From: a bacterium
Lineage (GTDB): Bacteria > Electryoneota > RPQS01
Length of the DNA stretch: 64,000 bases
Reading direction: 5' to 3'
Assembly: GCA_026394155.1 (NCBI GenBank)
Contig: JAPKYT010000117.1
Coordinates: 1,993-65,992, forward strand
Both the position numbers and the translations under genes were made by a program. The notes beneath the pieces were generated by a model. That model saw only the letters and a list, made by a program, of their open reading frames with translations. It did not search any database and was not told the origin of the DNA. Of this stretch, positions 8,974 to 18,019 are shown piece by piece (positions within the stretch are counted from its first letter, which is position 1; every line of letters starts with the position of its first letter).

Positions 8974-11900
8974 ATGAAACGCACGCGATGGATGTTTGTT
9001 GTAAGCCTAATCGTCTTGCTGACTTCAGCGGCGTGGGCAGTGAACCTGGACGAGAGGTTTGACGAGACGCTCTTCCCGCCGGTGGCGTGGCAGAGTTTCG
9101 AAGACGGGGACGGCGTCACCGTATGGATACGCACCACGGGCAGCGCGTACCTCACCTTGGGAAAAGCCGAGACCACCAAAGAAACCCTTGTCAGCCCACA
9201 GGTGGCCCAGCGCTGGCTCATCACGCCTAAACTGGGCGTGAACAGCAGCGCCGACACGCTGGCTTTCTGGGTTCGCACTTATCTTACCGTCTCGAACGAC
9301 GATTCGCTTTACGTTCTCCTGAGCACAGGGGACTCGCTCGCTGCAAGTTTCACGAACGTTCTCGCTTCCTACAAGTTAGGAACAGGCGGGCAAATTGGGA
9401 CCACGTACGTCCGGTTTGCATTACCCCTTACCCCCTATGTGGGTCAGGACGTCTTTATCGCTTTTCTGCATCGCGACATAGGTGTCGGCGGAAGCGGCGT
9501 CTACCTTGATTCCCTGTCAGGGCCGGAATTGCTTGCACCACCGAAAGTAGCCAAGACGCCCAGCCCGGCGAACTTAGCCTACGGGGTTGCGGCGAGCGCG
9601 AACTTGGGCTGGGTGAACGGAATCGGAACGAGCACGGTTGACCTTTACCTCGCCCAAACGTACGATTCGGTCAACACCTCGAACGTGGACGCCAAGAAGC
9701 TTAGTGACAGCGCTCTGGCAACTTTGTACAACCCGCCGGACGATTTGATCGCGAACCAGCGGTACTATTGGAAGGTCGTCAACCGCAACGCCTATGGTGA
9801 AACCGTTGGGCCAATCTGGACATTCTGGGTCGCGGGAGATTCGCTAAGCGGATCCTATGACATTGGCGGAGGGGACAACGATTATGCAAGCTTCACCGAG
9901 GCCGTCGCGGCCCTCTACGGCAACGGCATTTCCGACGCCGTGACCTTCAATGTTTACGGCGGTGACTACAACGAACAGCTCAGGCTAATTGGCGCTGTCC
10001 CAGGAGCCAACGCGGGCGATACCATCAAGTTTCGTGACGCCTCGGGCACGGCGCGCCTGCGGGTTACTTCGCTGTTGGACGGTCAAGAAGGCGTGGTCCA
10101 AATGGACGCCGCCAGCTACTTCATTTTCGACGGGATTGATTTTTACCTTGATCAGGTCCATGACAGCACCTACAAGTGTTTTGTCATGAAGGGTGGTTCG
10201 AGCTATAACATCGTCCGCAATGCGGACATGCGTGGTGCCGGCTTCTCGGCATCCACCGTCAAGTACGTCTGTTACATGTGGGGAACCGCCAACACGAACA
10301 ACTTGTTTGACAACCTGACCTGCCATCGCCACAACACAGCCTTCTACATCACCGGGTCAAGCGCGAATCGGCACAGCAACAATGTGATCCGGAATTGCTC
10401 CTTTTACGACATCTGGAACGGGTTCTATCTAAGCTATACGACCGGAATCCGGATCTACGACAACGACATTCAGATCAACGGCGCAGGAGCCTCGAGCGGG
10501 TTTGGCATGGACGTGCAGGCGCAGGCATCCGGCGATACCGTTTACATCTACCGCAACAAGTTCCACAACATCGTTGCGAGCGGCAGCCCCTCGTTTGTCC
10601 ACGCGTACGGCGGAGCCGGAACGATCCTGAACGTTTACAACAACTGGCTCTACGATATTCAGACCACGGGAATAGCCAGTCCCTATGTCGCACTCTACGC
10701 AAACACAGCCGGAACGACCAACTTCAGCTTCAACAGCGTGCGGATCAACGATGTGGTTTCGTCCGGCACCGTTTGCGGAATTTATATGGCAGGCAGCACG
10801 GCGATCCTGAACATCCGCAACAACATCTTCTACTCCGCGGAAACGTCGGCCAACACGTATATTTTCAGCGGCATGTCCGCAGGGTACGTTCCGGCCAGTC
10901 TCGACTACAACGCCTACTACAACGCCGCCGGCAACTTGAACTATCAGGTTTACCGGGTCAGCTCGACCGGTTACACCACGCTGGCCGCTTTGCAGGCTGC
11001 TACGGCTTATGAAGACCACGGCGTGGAAGGCAATCCGGGCTTCACGAGCACGACCGATTTGCACATTCAGAACACCTTCAATCTGGTGAGCAACAACGGT
11101 CTTCCCATCGCGGGCATCGGGGATGATTTTGACGCCCAGGCCCGTTCGGGTTCGAATCCGGACATCGGCGCCGACGAGTACACGTATCTCGCTCCGGCGG
11201 CGGATTATGCCGTGACTGCGATGCTGAACGTGACGTATCTGAATCCAGAGCTGACGCTGATGCATCCCCGGGCGCGGGTTGTCAACCGCGGCAGCGCGGC
11301 GCAGACAAATGTTCCGGTCGTTTTGTTCTACAACGGCGCTTGGCAGGATACCGTGCTGGTATCGTTGGCGGTGGACTCAGTGGACACGATCACATTCGAC
11401 TGGACCACTCCGGCGGCTCCGCAGACGGGCACGCTGGAGGCTCAGTCCTTCCTCGACGGCGACGCTGATTTGACGAACGACAGCGTGTTGTTCGCGGTGC
11501 GAATCGTGGGTCAGCCGATGCACGACACCTATGACATCGGCGGCGGCGACAATGATTACAGCAACTTCACATCCGCCGTCGGAGACTTGACGCTGCGCGG
11601 AGTTGACGGCGCGGTGATCTTCGATGTGTACGGCACGACCTACACCGACTCGCTGGTCATGGGACCGATTACCGGCGCCACGGCCACCTACACGATCACG
11701 TTCCAAGAGCACGTGACCGCGCTGGATGAGCCGGTCAAGATCACTCACAACCGCGGGAGCGGCACCGTGAGACTGAATGGCGCCGACTATGTCACCATAG
11801 ACGGGATTGATATTGAGGCGACGGGCGCCACCAACCTTCGCGGCGTGTCTATTTCAGGCAACGCCGACTACAACACGATCAAGAACTGCACCATCACCGG

Positions 11901-14754
11901 TTCGGGCGTTTCCTTGACCACCACCTACGGCGTTTACGTTTCAGGGGGCGGCAACGATTACAACACGTTCGACCATCTGACCTTGAGCGGCGCGGGCTAC
12001 GGGATCTATCTTGCCGGCGTGACCGGGACGGTGGACATCGGAAATGAGGTGAAGAACTGCTCGGTGACGGAGGGTCGGTACGGACTGGCCACGACGTATC
12101 AGCGCGGCTGCCGCGTGCACGATTGCGACGTTCAGCCCGGCTGGACCGCGGGCAACCAGGATGTGTATGGACTCTATGCCCTCAGCCAAAATGCCCTTGA
12201 CACGGTGTTCTACTACAACAACCGGATTCACAACATTCGGACGAGTTCAAGTTCCGCCTTCGCGTCCAACGGTATCTACACCGTTGCCACCCCAGCCCGC
12301 TTCTACAACAACTTCATCTGGGACTTCCAAGCCACCGGTATCGGAGCAATCCACGGCATCCGGGTCTTCGGCGGCAGTCCGGAAATTTACTTCAACAGCG
12401 TGCACATCGGCGACGTAGCCACGACCGGCAACGCAGGACTCACCGCGCATATCAACGGCTTCTTTGAAATAACCGCTGGGAGTTCGGCCATCCTGAAGAA
12501 CAACATCTTCCAGATTGACGAACCGACCGACTCCTGTTTCGCCATTAACCGCAACGCCGGAACGCTGGTGAGCGACTACAACTGCGTGTACAGTTCCGGC
12601 CCGGGAGCGAAATACTTTATGGGCCGCGACGGAACGACCAACTACCTCACACTGGCGGCTTGGCAGGCGGGAACGATCTATGATGACAACTCGCTGGAAG
12701 GCAAACCGGGCTTCCTCTCGCCTGCCGATCTGCACATTGCCGCAACCTACAACTTGGTGGACGGCGTGGCCACGCCGATTGGCGGGATCGGGCTCGACAT
12801 TGACAACGAGGCGCGGGCGGGAGCGACGGACATCGGGGCCGACGAATACACCTACTCCACGTTTGACCACGACTACGGCGTGATCCGGTTCATCGGGCTG
12901 CTCCCCACCTACACCGGCACGACGCCCTACGTGATTCAGGCCGAGGTGAAAAACTGGGGCACAAACGACGAGACCGACGTGCCGGTTCGTCTGTACTACA
13001 ACAACGTGCAGCAGGATGTGGCACTGGTCAGCCTCTTGGCGGGCCAACTCGGCACCGTGAATCTCGACTGGACTCCCCCGAACGTGGGCTACGAGATCGG
13101 CGAGTTGAAGGCGAAGGCCTTCTGCCCGGGCGACGGCTACCCGCCGGACGACAGCCTGACGGCGGCGGTGATTGTGATCGGCCCCCCGATGAGCGGCACC
13201 TATGATCTGGGTGGCGGCGACATGGAATTTGCCACTTTTGCCCAAGCGATCGCTGCTGTTTACCTGCGCGGCATTGACGGCGAAGTCATCTTCGACGTGT
13301 ACGGCGGATCGTACACCGAAAACGTGATTCTTGTGGGTCCCATCACCGGAGCAAGTTTCACCGACCGGGTGATTTTCCGCGCGCATCAAAGCCCGCTGCT
13401 CGACGTCGTTACGCTGACATCCAACATCAACACGCCCTGCGCGCGGTTCAGCGGCGTGGACTACGTGACCTTTGACGGCCTTGACATGGTCGGAACGGTG
13501 GCGTGTGACACGGTCGTGTCCATCATCAACGATGCCGATTTCATTACGCTGAAGAATCTCCGCGTCACAGGCCGCGACAGCACACTTGTAAGCGTGAAAG
13601 GCATCAGAGTAGCGTTCAACGGCAATGACGACTGCCTGATCGACAACGTCACCATCACCGGCGTGTTCTACGGAATCCGCGGTGAGGGCGGCAGCGGGCA
13701 GAGCGACCGCCTCGAGGTCAAGAACTGCCATATCAGCGGAGCCAGCTACTGCGTCTATCTGGATGACCTGCACAATGCGCGCGTGCACGACAATGATCTG
13801 CAGCCCAAGGGTTACGCCAGCACCAGCGCCTACGGCGTGTACGTTTCCTCGCTGACGAGCGGCGACACGGCGTATGTGTACAACAATCGCATCCACAATC
13901 TGCGGCACACGGCCACCACCGCTTTCGCTACGGTGGCAGGAATCTACACCACTTCAGGCGCGATGGTGTACATCTTTAACAACTTCATCTGGGATTGGCA
14001 GACCGCGGGCCCGATCATGGCCGGAATCTATCTGAGCACGGGCACAAACTACTGCGGTTTCAATTCGATCCGGATGAACGACACGGAGAACCTCGTTGCC
14101 CAGAAGTCCGGCATCTACATCGCCGCGGGCACAGCCGTCGTCGGTAACAACATCATTGTGATCGAAGAAACCGCCGATACCTGCTATGGTATCTGGCGCG
14201 CGGGCGGAACACTGACGGCCAGCGACTACAACTGCTTCCGCGGCGTGAGCCCGTGGTATTGCGTCGGCCGCGACGGCACGACCCTCTACGCCACGCTGGC
14301 GGATTGGCAGGGAATCGGGTACGACCTCAACAGCGTGGCCGGTGATCCCGGGTTCATCAGCGCGTCCGACCTGCACATTGACTCGACCTACCTGCTGGTG
14401 AATGACGTCGGTTTCTACGTAGCCGAGGTCCAGACCGACATTGATGGCGACGTGCGCAACGATCCGCCGGACATCGGCGCCGACGAGTATCACGGTCTTA
14501 TCATGCCGGACGTGGTGGACAGTCTGACCATTTTCCCGGATGCCGCCACCGGCGACGTGCTGCTTCGCTGGACGCCCTCCGCGGAAGCCAACAGCTACAA
14601 GATCTACCGGGGCACCACCGTCGGATTCGTCATTGACGGCGGCACCTACGTGAATCAGACCGCCGCCACGACGTACACCGACGTCGGCGCTTTGAGTCTG
14701 GGCGTGCGGATATACTACGTGGTGATTGCCTCCACCGATCCTATCGCCCGTTAG
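8974..14754 (+). CDS. Giant (1926 aa) secreted right-handed parallel beta-helix repeat protein containing three ~557-aa tandem modules; C-terminal FN3-like module and no T9SS CTD.
   Basis: Sec signal MKRTRWMFVVSLIVLLTSAAWA. Each module opens with YD[IL]GGGD[NM][DE][YF][AS]xF and ends with NNRIHNIR / YNCV / GxPGF / DIGADEY motifs. The modules begin at about nt 9856, 11530 and 13201. RBS agagagg precedes the ATG, and a terminator hairpin follows the TAG stop. Confidence 0.85.
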   Translation: MKRTRWMFVVSLIVLLTSAAWAVNLDERFDETLFPPVAWQSFEDGDGVTVWIRTTGSAYLTLGKAETTKETLVSPQVAQRWLITPKLGVNSSADTLAFWVRTYLTVSNDDSLYVLLSTGDSLAASFTNVLASYKLGTGGQIGTTYVRFALPLTPYVGQDVFIAFLHRDIGVGGSGVYLDSLSGPELLAPPKVAKTPSPANLAYGVAASANLGWVNGIGTSTVDLYLAQTYDSVNTSNVDAKKLSDSALATLYNPPDDLIANQRYYWKVVNRNAYGETVGPIWTFWVAGDSLSGSYDIGGGDNDYASFTEAVAALYGNGISDAVTFNVYGGDYNEQLRLIGAVPGANAGDTIKFRDASGTARLRVTSLLDGQEGVVQMDAASYFIFDGIDFYLDQVHDSTYKCFVMKGGSSYNIVRNADMRGAGFSASTVKYVCYMWGTANTNNLFDNLTCHRHNTAFYITGSSANRHSNNVIRNCSFYDIWNGFYLSYTTGIRIYDNDIQINGAGASSGFGMDVQAQASGDTVYIYRNKFHNIVASGSPSFVHAYGGAGTILNVYNNWLYDIQTTGIASPYVALYANTAGTTNFSFNSVRINDVVSSGTVCGIYMAGSTAILNIRNNIFYSAETSANTYIFSGMSAGYVPASLDYNAYYNAAGNLNYQVYRVSSTGYTTLAALQAATAYEDHGVEGNPGFTSTTDLHIQNTFNLVSNNGLPIAGIGDDFDAQARSGSNPDIGADEYTYLAPAADYAVTAMLNVTYLNPELTLMHPRARVVNRGSAAQTNVPVVLFYNGAWQDTVLVSLAVDSVDTITFDWTTPAAPQTGTLEAQSFLDGDADLTNDSVLFAVRIVGQPMHDTYDIGGGDNDYSNFTSAVGDLTLRGVDGAVIFDVYGTTYTDSLVMGPITGATATYTITFQEHVTALDEPVKITHNRGSGTVRLNGADYVTIDGIDIEATGATNLRGVSISGNADYNTIKNCTITGSGVSLTTTYGVYVSGGGNDYNTFDHLTLSGAGYGIYLAGVTGTVDIGNEVKNCSVTEGRYGLATTYQRGCRVHDCDVQPGWTAGNQDVYGLYALSQNALDTVFYYNNRIHNIRTSSSSAFASNGIYTVATPARFYNNFIWDFQATGIGAIHGIRVFGGSPEIYFNSVHIGDVATTGNAGLTAHINGFFEITAGSSAILKNNIFQIDEPTDSCFAINRNAGTLVSDYNCVYSSGPGAKYFMGRDGTTNYLTLAAWQAGTIYDDNSLEGKPGFLSPADLHIAATYNLVDGVATPIGGIGLDIDNEARAGATDIGADEYTYSTFDHDYGVIRFIGLLPTYTGTTPYVIQAEVKNWGTNDETDVPVRLYYNNVQQDVALVSLLAGQLGTVNLDWTPPNVGYEIGELKAKAFCPGDGYPPDDSLTAAVIVIGPPMSGTYDLGGGDMEFATFAQAIAAVYLRGIDGEVIFDVYGGSYTENVILVGPITGASFTDRVIFRAHQSPLLDVVTLTSNINTPCARFSGVDYVTFDGLDMVGTVACDTVVSIINDADFITLKNLRVTGRDSTLVSVKGIRVAFNGNDDCLIDNVTITGVFYGIRGEGGSGQSDRLEVKNCHISGASYCVYLDDLHNARVHDNDLQPKGYASTSAYGVYVSSLTSGDTAYVYNNRIHNLRHTATTAFATVAGIYTTSGAMVYIFNNFIWDWQTAGPIMAGIYLSTGTNYCGFNSIRMNDTENLVAQKSGIYIAAGTAVVGNNIIVIEETADTCYGIWRAGGTLTASDYNCFRGVSPWYCVGRDGTTLYATLADWQGIGYDLNSVAGDPGFISASDLHIDSTYLLVNDVGFYVAEVQTDIDGDVRNDPPDIGADEYHGLIMPDVVDSLTIFPDAATGDVLLRWTPSAEANSYKIYRGTTVGFVIDGGTYVNQTAATTYTDVGALSLGVRIYYVVIASTDPIAR

Positions 14755-14809
14755 CGCCGCACCTTTCCCGGCACGCTGGTTCGTGCCGCCTCAATGGCCG
14801 TAACTTCAA

Positions 14810-14850
14810 GAGGGGATGCCGCACCCGCGGCATCCCCTCTCGCATTTTCC
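14810..14850 (+). terminator. Rho-independent terminator after the giant beta-helix gene.
   Basis: Perfect 13-bp stem gaggggatgccgc/gcggcatcccctc with loop acc, followed by UCGCAUUUUCC. Confidence 0.65.
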
Positions 14851-14899
14851 GCCGCCGGCGGGCGGCCGGGCGGGTGCCCTCCAGCCGTAACGGGTCAAC

Positions 14900-14928
14900 T
14901 TGACTTTTTGGCCGCCGGGTTGTATCCT
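14900..14928 (+). promoter_or_regulatory. Candidate sigma-70-type promoter: TTGACT, 17-nt spacer, TATCCT.
   Basis: Hexamers at 14900-14905 and 14923-14928, downstream of the terminator of the previous gene and about 60 nt upstream of the gggagg RBS and ATG at 14990. Confidence 0.3.
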
Positions 14929-14989
14929 GTGTACAAGTAACATTTCCGGCCCCGTGCCATCGGGCCTATTTTCGAACGGGAGGTCGTCA

Positions 14990-17950
14990 ATGAGAGGTTT
15001 TGCTTACCGAGTCTTGCTTCTGGCCGCCACCTGTCTCCTCGGCGCTGCGTCATGGGCCCAAGTGGTTGTCCATGAGATCCCGGCCCCGTCGGCGGACGCC
15101 ACGGGTCTGTGCTGGGACGGTTCGGCGCTGTGGGTCAGCGACTACTCGGCGAATGTGTACAAGGTGAATCCCTCCAGCGGGGCGGTGATGCGCAGCTTGA
15201 CCGGGCCGGTTGCCGGATCGCGCGGTTTAGCGTACGCGAACGGCTATCTGTGGACGATTTCGCGGGTGGACTCGCGGGTGCAGGTGTTCCGCGTGGACAC
15301 CCTCACCGGAGCCGCGGTGGACAGCATGCGCGATCCTACCGCCGCCCGGGCCGGAGGCGTCGCGTGGGACGGCGCAGCTTTGTGGTTTTCCGTCTACTAT
15401 CCCGTGCCCCGCGTCCTCCGGGTCAACCCGGCCGATGGCGACACGCTGGCCATGTTCAATACCTCGGCGGAAAAGCCACTTGGTGTCGGGTATGACGGAT
15501 CGAGTATCTGGATCAGCTCGGAGGATACCGGCGTGGAGAGGGTGTACCGCCTCAACCAAACGACCGGCGAAACCCTGTGGTCGTTTCCGTTGCCGGTGCA
15601 CACTCCGGACCCCGGCCGCCGGCCTCGGGGCGTGGCTTGGGACGGGCAGTTCCTGTGGGTGATCGCCTATGCGACAAACACCCACAATGTGAGGATTTTC
15701 AAATACGACGTGAGCAACGCCGTCAATCCTGACATCAGCTTGGCGGAAAACAGCCACGACTACGGCAGTCACGTGGTGGGCCATCCGGTGAACTGGAGCG
15801 TGAACGCAACCAACGTCGGCAACTCCAATTTGGTGATCAGCAGCGCGAGTTTCGTGTCCGGCGCGGCCTACAATCTGATGGCGCCGCTTACGTTTCCGGT
15901 GACGATCAATCCCTCGGCATCGGTGACCTTTACGGTGCGGTTCGACCCTCCGGCCGCGGGGGATTTCCGTGATACGCTGCGCCTTTTCTCGAATGATTCG
16001 GACGAGAATCCGTATCTCGTCACCTTGCGCGGCACGGGGCTTCCCGATGAAGGAGACGTGGATCCGCAGCCGTCGGAGCTTGAGTTCGGTCCCGTGCGAA
16101 TCACCAATCCGTTGCTTTCCAGCAGCCGCACACTGGAGCTGTACAACGCGGGCACCGGCACGCTGCACGTTACCGGGTTGGAAATCATCGGGGATACGGC
16201 GTTCACCATAGATGCGGTGAACTTGCCGGCGGCGATTGACTCGTTTGCGCACATCAATCTTCGGGTGTGGTTCGCTCCCCGGCGAGTTGTCACTTACAGC
16301 GCCTCGCTGCGGATTCATTCGGATGATCCCGACGAACCGGTGGTGAACGTGCCCCTGAGCGGCACGGGAGACGGCAGTGCGGCCACGGCCGGCGACGTAT
16401 TATGGTACTTCCAAGCGAGCGGAGGCACTCTGGATCACGACATCAATTCCGTGCAATGGATCGGCGACGTGAATCACGACGGCGTGGCCGATGCGCTCGC
16501 CGCCAGCGGCAACTATCTGGTCTATTGCCTCAACGGCAGTTCCACCGGACTGGCGGACACCTTGTGGACCTTCAACTGCCGCGCGAATCCCAATTATGCG
16601 GGGTACGTTTATTACGAGCGCGGCATGTGTTCCAGCCCGGACCTGACGGGCGACGACGTCGAGGACGTGATCATCGGCACGGCGGGCACCAGCCGTTCCG
16701 TTTATGCGCTGTCGGGCGTGGACGGCGCGCTTCTGTGGACGTTCGATACGCACTTCTTTGGCGGCGCCGGCGGAGCGGTGAACGAAGTGGCCTCGACCGG
16801 TGACTTGGACGGCGACCTCGTGCCGGACGTTTTAGGGGCAGCCGGTGATGACGGGTCAGGCACGGGTGCGCGGCGCGTGTTTGCTCTGAGCGGCGCAACG
16901 GGACAGCTCATTTGGCCGGGCACACCTGTGGCCACCTTCTACACCGTGCGTCCCATTCACGACGTGACCGGCGACAACGTGCCGGACGTGGTGGGAGGCA
17001 CCATCAGCGGCATCGCCGCCGCTTACAACGGGGCGAGCGGCACGGCGATCTGGACGGTTACAGTCGCCATAGGTTCGCCGATTTACTCGCTGCTTCCGAT
17101 GGGGAATGCGAATCCGGAGGTTACGATCAGCGAAGACGTGGTCGTGGCTGCCCGCTATAGCGGAGTCTATTGCCTCGACGGCAACAACGGCGCGCAGATT
17201 TGGGCCCATGGGGATCAGGGTTACGTAAATGAACTGGCCGTCGGCTCCGACATTACGGGAGACAACGTGCGCGAAGTCTACTATGGAACGGTGAGCGGAT
17301 GGGTGCGCTGTCTGGACGGAAGCTCGGGACAGATCATCCGGGAGGTGGTGGCCGATCCGTTCAGCGCCTCCAATGTATGGGGCATAGTGGCCATTCCCGA
17401 CGTGACCGGCGACGCCATCAGCGAAATCGCCTGCGGTACGCAAGGCGGCAACGTGGTGCTTCTCGACGGCTGGGACTTAATCCAGATTTGGGCGACTCCC
17501 GGCAACGGACCGAGTAGCCCGGTGGACGCCATTTCCGCCATGCCCGACGTGGACCGCAGCGGCTCGTGGGACGTTCTGGCCGGGCACCGCAGCGGTGTGG
17601 TGGAAGTCATCGCCGGCAGCGACGGCATTTATATTCCACCGGAACGGGCGGAACCGCGGCCGGACGTGATCTCCGAGTTCGCTCTCGGTTCGGCTTATCC
17701 CAATCCGTTCAACGCCACCACCACCATCTCCTACACGCTACCGCGCGAGAGCGAAGTCCGGTTGGAGATATTCGATCTTCTCGGCCGTCACGTCATCACG
17801 CTGATGGGCGCCGTGCAAGCGGCCGGAGTTCACGCGGCGGTGTGGGCCGGCGAAACCGCGAGCGGAACCGCGGCGGGCTCCGGCGTGTACTTCGTCCGCC
17901 TGCAGTGCGAGGCCTTCCGTCAAACGCACAAACTGGTGCTGATGAAATAG
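14990..17950 (+). CDS. T9SS-sorted surface protein. It has an N-terminal 5-repeat beta-propeller-like region, two choice-of-anchor-D-like Ig domains, an FG-GAP/VCBS-like propeller and a T9SS CTD.
   Basis: Signal MRGFAYRVLLLAATCLLGAASWAQ. Five repeats of G[VL][AC][WY]DGxxLW. Choice-of-anchor-D-like segments (LEFGPVRITNP...VNVPLSGTG). Repeats with GDxNxDGxxD motifs. CTD EFALGSAYPNPFNATTTISYTLP...SGVYFVRLQ...KLVLMK. The ORF-track start at 14900 is probably an N-terminal over-extension. Confidence 0.8.
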   Translation: MRGFAYRVLLLAATCLLGAASWAQVVVHEIPAPSADATGLCWDGSALWVSDYSANVYKVNPSSGAVMRSLTGPVAGSRGLAYANGYLWTISRVDSRVQVFRVDTLTGAAVDSMRDPTAARAGGVAWDGAALWFSVYYPVPRVLRVNPADGDTLAMFNTSAEKPLGVGYDGSSIWISSEDTGVERVYRLNQTTGETLWSFPLPVHTPDPGRRPRGVAWDGQFLWVIAYATNTHNVRIFKYDVSNAVNPDISLAENSHDYGSHVVGHPVNWSVNATNVGNSNLVISSASFVSGAAYNLMAPLTFPVTINPSASVTFTVRFDPPAAGDFRDTLRLFSNDSDENPYLVTLRGTGLPDEGDVDPQPSELEFGPVRITNPLLSSSRTLELYNAGTGTLHVTGLEIIGDTAFTIDAVNLPAAIDSFAHINLRVWFAPRRVVTYSASLRIHSDDPDEPVVNVPLSGTGDGSAATAGDVLWYFQASGGTLDHDINSVQWIGDVNHDGVADALAASGNYLVYCLNGSSTGLADTLWTFNCRANPNYAGYVYYERGMCSSPDLTGDDVEDVIIGTAGTSRSVYALSGVDGALLWTFDTHFFGGAGGAVNEVASTGDLDGDLVPDVLGAAGDDGSGTGARRVFALSGATGQLIWPGTPVATFYTVRPIHDVTGDNVPDVVGGTISGIAAAYNGASGTAIWTVTVAIGSPIYSLLPMGNANPEVTISEDVVVAARYSGVYCLDGNNGAQIWAHGDQGYVNELAVGSDITGDNVREVYYGTVSGWVRCLDGSSGQIIREVVADPFSASNVWGIVAIPDVTGDAISEIACGTQGGNVVLLDGWDLIQIWATPGNGPSSPVDAISAMPDVDRSGSWDVLAGHRSGVVEVIAGSDGIYIPPERAEPRPDVISEFALGSAYPNPFNATTTISYTLPRESEVRLEIFDLLGRHVITLMGAVQAAGVHAAVWAGETASGTAAGSGVYFVRLQCEAFRQTHKLVLMK

Positions 17951-18019
17951 CGAACCGGCGGCTGCCTGAACTGCTGCGCGAAAGACCGTATATTGGCCCG
18001 GTACAACGAGGTTCTCGTT

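Noticed and set aside
12247-13908. 553-aa minus-strand ORF antisense to the giant beta-helix gene, plus similar ORFs at 9985-11748 and 13954-14493
   Set aside because: They lie fully inside a well-supported coding region on the other strand and show no motifs; artefacts of GC-rich antisense frames.
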